From NCBI GenBank assembly GCA_041946805.1, contig JBHGBC010000162.1, forward strand, positions 1 to 13,623: a stretch of DNA of 13,623 nt, written 5' to 3'. Shown here piece by piece: positions 1-6,330 of the stretch. The first letter of the stretch is position 1. Each line of letters opens with the position of its first letter. The translations under genes and the position numbers were made by a program. Origin of the DNA: a bacterium. Lineage in GTDB: Bacteria; Hinthialibacterota; Hinthialibacteria; Hinthialibacterales; Hinthialibacteraceae. Under the pieces are notes generated by a model that saw only the letters and a list, made by a program, of their open reading frames with translations, was not told where the DNA came from and made no database searches.

Positions 1-87
1 GGGCTTCTCGCATCCGGCCAACAAGGCCAGCCCCGCTGTGATCAGGATGGGCAGGACACCTACACGTTGTAGCGGGCGGTTCCGCAT
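1..87 (-). CDS. N-terminus of a lipoprotein, probably an efflux periplasmic adaptor (membrane fusion protein); runs off the window
   Basis: Not in the ORF track. ATG at 87-85 overlaps the TolC stop (TGATG), with GGAGG upstream. Translation MRNRPLQRVGVLPILITAGLALLAGCEKP shows a basic n-region, a hydrophobic h-region and a LAGC lipobox. The adaptor role is inferred only from its position after a TolC-family gene. Confidence 0.75.
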   Translation of the reverse strand, partial: MRNRPLQRVGVLPILITAGLALLAGCEKP

Positions 88-1736
88 CAGTTCCCTCCCT
101 CGGGTGCAATGAATTCCTCATCCACTCCCACTTCGATGCCATGACGGGCCAAATTCAATCCGCTGGCCCGGTACAAATTCGCCAGCCCCCGGTGAAAATC
201 CACCAGGGCGTTGACCTTCCGGATCCGGGCCTCGATTACATTATCCTGAAAATCCAAAATCCGGAACGTATCGGACGTTCCCTCGTTGAAACGCTGCATT
301 TCCTGGGCCAGCGAGATTTCGGCCAGCCGCTCGTACTCCTGGGCCACGCGCAACCGCTCCCGGCTTCGCCCGGCGTTGATCAAGGCGTTTTTCACTTCGG
401 TTTCGATTTTCCCTTCGAGGGCCTTGAGAGCATAGACCGCCCGCAGTTTCTGTGTGTCGCTCTGCCGGTACCGCGCTTCCGCCGCCCGGTTCCCCAGCGG
501 ATAGGTCACTTGCACGCCCACGTACCATTCCAATCCATCTCCCTCGACCAGGTGCCCTAGGCTTTCGGGAAAATCACCGGTATGGGGATTGGGAGGAGTC
601 GTCGTGCCGCCGACATTCACGCTCGTGCGCGACTTGCCCGACAGTCCATTCAGCCCCAGGGTGGCCAGCAAATCCAACCGGGGCAGTTTCTGGTTTTTAT
701 AATACTCCAATTGTAACGCCCATCTCTCGATTTCCAGGCGCTGGGTCTTCAGATCCGGGCGGTTGGCGAACGCCTGGGCCAACGCATCCTCCAACTCCGG
801 GATTTTCATCTCCTGTTCCGGGACTCCTTCGGTCACCAGCATCTCGGCATGCAGTGGATCACCCTCGCGGATTTCCAGTAAATCCTTCAACCGGTTTTCC
901 GCAAGTTCCACCACCTGCCGGGCCGCGATCAGCGACAGGTCCCGTTCCGCCAGCGCGGTCTGTGTTTCCTGCACTTCGCTGATGGGCGCCAGGCCCGCTT
1001 CGAACTTGGCCCGGTTGCCTTCCAATAATTTCAAACCCAGGTTTTTGGATTCGATCCGGTTCTGATACGCGGAAACCGCCTCGGCCAGGTTGTAGTAACT
1101 CACCTCGATCTCTTCCGCGGTCCGTTGCGCCTGGTCCACGTAGGTTTGCAACGATTGCTCCACCGCGTTTTCGGATAGGCGCAGGGCGGTGGTGTTCGCC
1201 TTGCCGAAATCCCGCAGCAACGGCTGGGTCAGGTTCAACAACAATTGGCTGGGATACTGTGGGCGCAAGCCATCCACGCGCGAATTGTCGGCCCTCTGGG
1301 ATGCGGAAAACGCCAGGCTGGAATCCAATCCGAACACATACTTTTTCCGCAAGGCCGCGCTGCCGCCGGTTTGCCGGTTGATGTTGAATCCGCCGGATGT
1401 CAACGACGAGGAGCTCGGCGTTTTCCGCTCGTTGGAAAACAAGGTCGCCTCCACCGCCGGATCGAAATCCGCCCGCTCGATTTCCACGCCTTCCCGGTTG
1501 ATGGGGATATTCAGCTCCTCGATCTGAACCTCCAGATTCATTTCGAGTCCCCGCGCCAAGGCATCCCGCAAGGGGATCACGCGGGCCTTGCTCAAAAACG
1601 CATCCCCTTCCTCCGCCGGCCACGCCGGAGAAACCAAAATCCACAAGCAGGCGCACCAAGCCCATTGGAAACAACTGCCAGTCAATGGAAACCCCTTTCC
1701 CGCGATGAGTTTGACGGAGAGGGCCACGGCCTCCAC
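87..1736 (-). CDS. TolC-family outer membrane efflux channel
   Basis: 549-aa ORF with a signal-peptide-like segment ending SPAWPA and two OEP-like repeats: 'LRDALARGLEMNLEV', 'LLLNLTQPLLRDFG', 'YYNLAEA', 'AKFEAGLAPISEV', 'NRPDL', 'QKLPRLDL', 'QVTYPLGNRAAEA', 'RFNEGTSDTFRILDFQ'. The start is uncertain: GTG 1736, or TTG 1685 which follows AAAGGGG. Confidence 0.9.
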   Translation of the reverse strand: MEAVALSVKLIAGKGFPLTGSCFQWAWCACLWILVSPAWPAEEGDAFLSKARVIPLRDALARGLEMNLEVQIEELNIPINREGVEIERADFDPAVEATLFSNERKTPSSSSLTSGGFNINRQTGGSAALRKKYVFGLDSSLAFSASQRADNSRVDGLRPQYPSQLLLNLTQPLLRDFGKANTTALRLSENAVEQSLQTYVDQAQRTAEEIEVSYYNLAEAVSAYQNRIESKNLGLKLLEGNRAKFEAGLAPISEVQETQTALAERDLSLIAARQVVELAENRLKDLLEIREGDPLHAEMLVTEGVPEQEMKIPELEDALAQAFANRPDLKTQRLEIERWALQLEYYKNQKLPRLDLLATLGLNGLSGKSRTSVNVGGTTTPPNPHTGDFPESLGHLVEGDGLEWYVGVQVTYPLGNRAAEARYRQSDTQKLRAVYALKALEGKIETEVKNALINAGRSRERLRVAQEYERLAEISLAQEMQRFNEGTSDTFRILDFQDNVIEARIRKVNALVDFHRGLANLYRASGLNLARHGIEVGVDEEFIAPEGGN

Positions 1737-2030
1737 CGGCCGGGGAATCCTGCCCGGTTGAACTTCGAGTATCCAGCCATCCCGGTTTCCGAATCAAGCG
1801 GCGGGCCTTTGTTTGTAGAAAAAAATACGCGGCAATGGCGGATTCCAACCTGTCGATGATCCCACGTACTCCTTCTACTGCCTATTCGTCGCGACGGGAA
1901 AGGATAAAGTTCGGCGTGCGGGACGCCCGTCCGGAAGTTACAGATTGGATAATTTAACCTTTTTTTTCATTTTGGAATCCCTAAAAGCACCCTTCCAGGA
2001 AAAAAATGTGGAAAAATCGGGACCCATAGG

Positions 2031-2070
2031 TTGACATAGGAAATTTATCGTATAAATCTATAGACGTAGA
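2031..2070 (+). promoter_or_regulatory. Putative promoter and operator of the BlaI-like gene
   Basis: Perfect TTGACA at 2031-2036 in an AT-rich tract, with TATAAAT at 2051-2057 (spacing shorter than the canonical 17). Two adjacent dyads: ATTTAT-CGT-ATAAAT (2043-2057) and TCTATA-GA-CGTAGA (2057-2070). The second resembles the TACA-NN-TGTA BlaI/MecI/CopY box. Confidence 0.55.
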
Positions 2071-2118
2071 ATCACTATTCTATAAGCCCATAAAATCAAA
2101 ATGTGGAAGGGAAATTTC

Positions 2119-2496
2119 ATGAAAACTCAAGACTTGTCACCGGCTGAAATATGGTTGCTGAATCTGATCTACGAACTCGGCGAAGCCGACGTGTACCAGA
2201 TTCAAGAGCGCGTGCTGACCGAAAAGAACTGGAAATACTCCACGGTTATCACCCTCTCGAACCGGCTCTATGACAAGGGCTACCTAAACCGCACCAAAGT
2301 GGGCCGCCGTTATGTTTACTCGGCCAAGTTCCCCCGCGTGCGGTTCTTCGAGCAGGTAATGGACCGGCTTTTCGGAAAATCCCTGTTGAAAGACCCGAGC
2401 GTCCTTTTCACGTACTTGCTGAATGTGAAGAAACTCAGCAAGAAGGAAGAGGAACTGCTCCACATGCTGCTGGAGTCGAAAGAAAAATCCGAGTAG
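2119..2496 (+). CDS. BlaI/MecI/CopY-family (penicillinase repressor) transcriptional regulator
   Basis: Motifs 'LSPAEIWLLNLIY', 'WKYSTVITLSNRLYDKGYLNRTKVGRRYVYSA', 'MDRLFG' and C-terminal 'LSKKEEELLHMLL' match the winged-helix BlaI pattern. ATG 2119 follows GGAAGGG and gives 125 aa; an alternative ATG is at 2101. Confidence 0.92.
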   Translation: MKTQDLSPAEIWLLNLIYELGEADVYQIQERVLTEKNWKYSTVITLSNRLYDKGYLNRTKVGRRYVYSAKFPRVRFFEQVMDRLFGKSLLKDPSVLFTYLLNVKKLSKKEEELLHMLLESKEKSE

Positions 2497-2765
2497 GCTG
2501 ACCGTGCGTGCTTTGGTGTCCCAAATGGCTATCCCCCCATGCTTTTTTTGTTTCTTTCATGGGAGTTTTGGGGGCCCTTGCCTCCCATTCCGCTCCTGGC
2601 TGGAATGGAGGAAGAAACGCACCGCGGCCTTTCACTTACCTGCCCATCGGCCGGATGGAGAACGTGTTGGCTTTGGTATCCTGCCTTTTTTCTCCCTCGC
2701 CCGAGTCGTTGTTGGAAGCCGATGACCGTTTGCCCCCCTTCTACAATCCAAACTCTGAAATCCAG

Positions 2766-2803
2766 AACCGGGGAGTTCCCCACTCCCCGGTTTCGTTATC
2801 TAT
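2766..2803 (+). terminator. Probable intrinsic terminator hairpin
   Basis: Perfect 11-bp stem AACCGGGGAGT (2766-2776) / ACTCCCCGGTT (2782-2792) with a 5-nt loop, followed by T-rich TCGTTATCTAT. It lies 270 nt after the BlaI stop, and the U-tract is imperfect. Confidence 0.5.
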
Positions 2804-2908
2804 TTCCCCTCCCCGATCCTGAAATTCTTGCGGATTATCGAACCACCCAAGCCTCCTCCATGCCCCCCCTATTCAATCGCTCCTTGGCAATAAAATCCCA
2901 AAACAGGC

Positions 2909-2955
2909 TTGCCGGGAAAGAAAAAGTGGACTAAATTTATATAATTTGTTAACAT
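2909..2955 (+). promoter_or_regulatory. Putative sigma70-type promoter region for the CxxCH gene
   Basis: AT-rich tract containing TTGCCG-N17-TAAATT (2909-2937), TATAAT (2940-2945) and TGGACT-N17-TAACAT (2927-2955). I cannot tell which element is used. Confidence 0.35.
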
Positions 2956-3076
2956 AGGTCAGGAATTCCCAATTCATCCTGATATGCTTCATCGGGCGTG
3001 AAGATCGCATCCTGAATCCACTTCCTTGTGTTGAACTTGTGCGCCACCATTTTTTTCCGCAAGGAGGTAAGAAGTT

Positions 3077-3649
3077 ATGCGTCAACAGTACTGGATATGG
3101 TTCTGCCGGATAAGCGTCACGGCCGGGATTTTTTGCCTGGTCCCGTCTCTCTCGGAGGCCCGCCCGTTTCGTCTCAACCTCATTCCCAATGGTACGGTGA
3201 ACGGTTGCGCCAACTGCCATAACAATCCGGCCGGGGGCGGAGCCCGTAATGCTTTTGGACAAGCCGTGGAAGCATTGGTAACTCCCAACGGCCAGGAAGA
3301 ATTTTGGAGTGCGGCTCTTGCGGCGGCGGATTCGGACGGGGATGGCGCTTCCAATGGTCTTGAACTGCAGGATCCCGCGGGGGTCTGGAAAAAAGGCGAC
3401 ACTCAACCGGGCGATTCGTCCAAGGTCACGAAACCGGGCGATCCCAACTCGAAACCGGAAGTATCCGCCGCGTCCCTGGCGTTGGACCTCACCGCTGTGG
3501 AACTGGGCTCCACCGGGGGGACAGGGATCGATTTGAGTGGATTGTACGATACGGCGGCTTCCGCGCCGGACACCCGCCGGATCACATCACTCTCCACGCG
3601 GGTCACGCAATGGGTTTTGGCACTCACCAAAGTGGTTTTATCACTGTAA
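3077..3649 (+). CDS. Secreted single-CxxCH (putative monoheme c) protein with a temptin-like / Ca-binding DxDxDG region
   Basis: Strong RBS AAGGAGGT (3061-3068), Sec signal ending SLSEA, CANCH at 3206-3220, and a 12-residue acidic loop DSDGDGASNGLE at 3329-3364. The pattern IPNG...H.NP.GGG.RN.FG...W...DSDGDG.SNG.EL.DP is recalled from temptin-like domains. Confidence 0.75.
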   Translation: MRQQYWIWFCRISVTAGIFCLVPSLSEARPFRLNLIPNGTVNGCANCHNNPAGGGARNAFGQAVEALVTPNGQEEFWSAALAAADSDGDGASNGLELQDPAGVWKKGDTQPGDSSKVTKPGDPNSKPEVSAASLALDLTAVELGSTGGTGIDLSGLYDTAASAPDTRRITSLSTRVTQWVLALTKVVLSL

Positions 3650-3691
3650 GCCGAACGGACACGGCGGGTTAAATCACTCGTAGAATTTCAC

Positions 3692-3745
3692 ACGACACCC
3701 ACTCCCCCTGATTCTCGGCCCCCGGGGAAGTGGGTCGGTCGTTTT
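3692..3745 (+). terminator. Probable terminator hairpin after the CxxCH gene
   Basis: Interrupted stem ACGAC-ACCCACT-CCCC (3692-3707) / GGGG-A-AGTGGGT-CG-GTCGT (3724-3742) followed by TTT, 42 nt after the stop. Confidence 0.45.
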
Positions 3746-3953
3746 CATCCCATGTTTGCACATGAATCCCCAAAACCACTCAGCGCCTCCCAAGAGGGAT
3801 CTTTCCGGATTTCGACGGACTCCTATACATGATCCGTTGACTATGATATGCAACAGAAATCGCGGATGATCGAATCCGCGGAGGGCCGGCCCACGTTCCG
3901 AAGGACGGCCGAAACAACTTGGATTCAAATCAACACATGAAGGAGTTCCATCC

Positions 3954-5423
3954 ATGAGCATGGGAATGAAACGCCGAGAATTTTTGGGCGCCACCGCCGT
4001 CAGCGGAATCTGCCTGAGCTCCTTGACGCGTCCGGTCCTGGCGCAAAAACTCGATCCCGCCCCCGTCATGCGGCGCGGAACCACCAAAACCCGGGTCGGC
4101 CGGGTCTATTTGGGCAATGCCAATCCCGGATGGCCCCTGTCTTCCATGGATTTGAACGCGGAAGTGCAACGGTTTGAATCCGAATTCACCAAACTCCAGC
4201 CCGCCTTGGACGATATCGAATTCGTGGATGGCGGCCTGATTTCGTCGCTGGACCAGCTGCCGGCGGTGATGGAGAAATTCCAGGACATCGACGGCATCCT
4301 GGCCCTGCATCTGACCCTGGGCACGGGACCCTATTTCGCCCAATTGCTGGAATTGCCCGTCCCCCTGATGCTTTTCTCACTTCCCTACGCGGGGCATGAA
4401 TGGCACACGGTCGCCGCTTTGCAGAAACAGGGCAAGAAGATCGATGTGTTGCCCAGCAGCGATTTCGAGGACATGGCCGTGGCGGTCCGCCCCTTCCGCG
4501 CCATCCACCGCCTCAAGGAAGCCCGGATTCTCTTCCTGCAGCAAGGCGGCCCAAATCCCGATTATGTACAGGCGATCAAGAACAAGTTCGGGACCGAAAT
4601 CGTCAATATCGAATACGAACAGCTGGCGGACGCTTACAAATCCGCCGATCAAGACGCTGTCCTGGCCGACGCGGAGAAGTGGATCGCCGACGCGGAGAAA
4701 ATCGTCGAACCCACGCGGGAAGAGATTCTGAAGGCCTCCCGCATGTACCTGGCCCTGGCCAAACTGCTGGAGGATGAAACAGCCGATCTGATCACCATCA
4801 ACTGCCTGGGCATGGGCCTCATCCAGCGCGGATTGGCCTATCCCTGCCTGGGATTCTCGCGTCTCAGCAGCATGGGACTCGGGGGCGTCTGCGAGGCCGA
4901 TCTCAAATCGTCGATGACTCACCTGATCTTCCAATCTCTCACTGGCAAGCCCGGCTTCGTTTCCGATCCGGTCATCGATCTTTCGCAAAACGCCGTCATC
5001 CACGCGCATTGCGTCTCGCCCATCAAGATGGACGGCCCGCACGGCGAACAATCACCCTACATCATCCGCAACCACCTGGAAGACGCGCAAGGCGTTTCCC
5101 TCTACGTCCGCATGCGGATCGGACAGCCCATCTCCATGGCGCGGCTGATCGGACAGGACATCATGCTCTTCTCCACCGGCGAGATCATCGACACGCCTTA
5201 CGTGGAACGCGGCTGCCGCACCAAGATCACCACGCGGGTGAAGAACGCCCAGAAGATCCTGGAGAATTATTCCTGCGGCCTGCACCGCGTCATTTTCTAT
5301 GGCGATCACTCCGCCGACCTGCGCCGCTTCTGCCGGTACAAGGACATCCGCTTGGTGCTCGAAGACGAGGAGGACACGCGGGACATTCCCGGACTGGAAT
5401 GGGAACCGTATGTGCACGCGTGA
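3954..5423 (+). CDS. Tat-exported L-fucose/L-arabinose isomerase-like protein (FucI/AraA superfamily)
   Basis: RBS AGGAG at 3941-3945. Twin-arginine signal KRREFLG with VLA cleavage site. 'ITINCL', 'YPCLGFSRL', 'GVCEADL', 'GFVSDP', 'HAHC', 'CRTK' and 'LHRVIFYGD' fit the FucI/AraA-like fold with candidate Glu, Asp and His metal ligands. Substrate unknown. Confidence 0.75.
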   Translation: MSMGMKRREFLGATAVSGICLSSLTRPVLAQKLDPAPVMRRGTTKTRVGRVYLGNANPGWPLSSMDLNAEVQRFESEFTKLQPALDDIEFVDGGLISSLDQLPAVMEKFQDIDGILALHLTLGTGPYFAQLLELPVPLMLFSLPYAGHEWHTVAALQKQGKKIDVLPSSDFEDMAVAVRPFRAIHRLKEARILFLQQGGPNPDYVQAIKNKFGTEIVNIEYEQLADAYKSADQDAVLADAEKWIADAEKIVEPTREEILKASRMYLALAKLLEDETADLITINCLGMGLIQRGLAYPCLGFSRLSSMGLGGVCEADLKSSMTHLIFQSLTGKPGFVSDPVIDLSQNAVIHAHCVSPIKMDGPHGEQSPYIIRNHLEDAQGVSLYVRMRIGQPISMARLIGQDIMLFSTGEIIDTPYVERGCRTKITTRVKNAQKILENYSCGLHRVIFYGDHSADLRRFCRYKDIRLVLEDEEDTRDIPGLEWEPYVHA

Positions 5424-5429
5424 GAATGG

Positions 5430-5481
5430 AAAAAAAACATTAAAAAAAGCAGTGGCAAGGGCTTCGTGTTTTTGATAGGAT
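5430..5481 (+). promoter_or_regulatory. Putative sigma70-type promoter with extended -10 and UP-like element
   Basis: A-tracts at ~5430-5448, -35 TGGCAA (5453-5458), an exact 17-nt spacer, and TG-A-TAGGAT extended -10 (5473-5481). No credible ORF follows. Confidence 0.6.
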
Positions 5482-5487
5482 GCGGCG

Positions 5488-5695
5488 CATCAATCGGATC
5501 GGGCAACCGCCTCGATCAGCAACGGGAAGGGCGTCCATACGCCCAGCGCCGGCGAAATGGCCCTGAGGCCATGCGTGGCGGGCAACCGTGGTGAACCACC
5601 CGCGTTCATCGCGGCAAACACGCGGATTGGCGTGATGATCCGCGCCGATGAATAAGGAAGGAGCCATTCTCGCTCGAAGTGGCTCCTTTCTTATT
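5488..5695 (+). ncRNA. Candidate structured non-coding RNA of unrecognised family (~205 nt)
   Basis: Bounded by a promoter and a terminator. Nine mutually compatible helices nest into multi-way junctions (see findings). The GNRA (GCAA) loop and G-U pairs work on the + strand. Confidence 0.6.
5651..5695 (+). terminator. Intrinsic terminator, probably bidirectional
   Basis: AATAAGGAAGGAGCCA (5651-5666) / TGGCTCCTTTCTTATT (5680-5695) is a 16-bp inverted repeat with one G-U pair and a U-rich 3' arm. It sits between convergent transcription units. Confidence 0.8.
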
Positions 5696-5827
5696 GTATG
5701 AGAATGATTCATGGGACAAGCCAGGATCCAGAACAACGCGGGGAATCCGTTCAAAAGCGGAGGCGCGCGGGAATATACACTGGCATGAAGCCGGAACGGT
5801 TTTTTCGGAAATCAATTTTCTATCCGG

Positions 5828-6232
5828 TCAGACCGTGGAATCTTCTTCGTCTTCATCCTCAATCAACCAGGAGGGAACACGCACCGGAAGGAAGTAGGAA
5901 AGCAGAATCAAAATTCCAAAGAGAATGATCAGCGCGGGAATCAAGGTATCGAGAGAAATCCGGTTCGTTTGATACAAGAAAATGAACGCCGCAAGGCACA
6001 ACAGGTACGGACCCGCCACGACGCTGAACTTATCGACTCCGCCCAGCATGAGTATCAACAAGCCCGCCACCGTCAACCCGAGAACCCAAAACCAATCCAC
6101 TCCGGGAATCACATGATGGTTATTGAGATACAATCCCACGCCGAACGTGATGATCAGTAAGGAAATCACCACGGTAATCCGGCCGCCTTCGGATTTTTGG
6201 TTTTTGGTAGAATCTTCGGCCTTTCCGTTCAT
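5828..6232 (-). CDS. Small integral membrane protein (about 4 TM helices, LiaI/LiaF-TM-like), function unknown
   Basis: This is the credible 3' part of ORF 5828..7033. ATG 6232 follows GGAG and gives 134 aa with four hydrophobic segments (VVISLLIITFGVGLYL; WFWVLGLTVAGLLILML; VVAGPYLLCLAAFIFL; LIPALIILFGILILL) and an acidic tail EDEDEED. Confidence 0.75.
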   Translation of the reverse strand: MNGKAEDSTKNQKSEGGRITVVISLLIITFGVGLYLNNHHVIPGVDWFWVLGLTVAGLLILMLGGVDKFSVVAGPYLLCLAAFIFLYQTNRISLDTLIPALIILFGILILLSYFLPVRVPSWLIEDEDEEDSTV

Positions 6233-6330
6233 TGGCTTCTCCGCAAAGTATCCCCGGATTCGTATGCCCGCGTACTCATTAAAAACATCATACTCGTCTT
6301 GGCAACCCAAAGGAAAGCGGTTTGATTCGG

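Noticed and set aside
859..1848. 329-aa minus-strand ORF overlapping tolC
   Set aside because: It is an off-frame, Gly/Arg-rich translation with no domain features.
2504..2934. Short ORFs after blaI as a possible BlaR1/M56 remnant
   Set aside because: No HExxH motif, no multi-TM pattern and no good RBS in any listed frame.
5488..5695. Assignment as tRNA, tmRNA, SRP, RNase P, 6S RNA or a c-di-GMP-I riboswitch (GGCAAAC at 5613-5619)
   Set aside because: The hallmark sequences and architectures are absent. GGCAAAC lacks the downstream GNRA hairpin and GCAAAG, and no regulated gene follows.
5440..5928. Small ORFs in the convergent intergenic region
   Set aside because: No convincing RBS or protein-like features. 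Several cross the terminator, and an RNA structure explains the region better.
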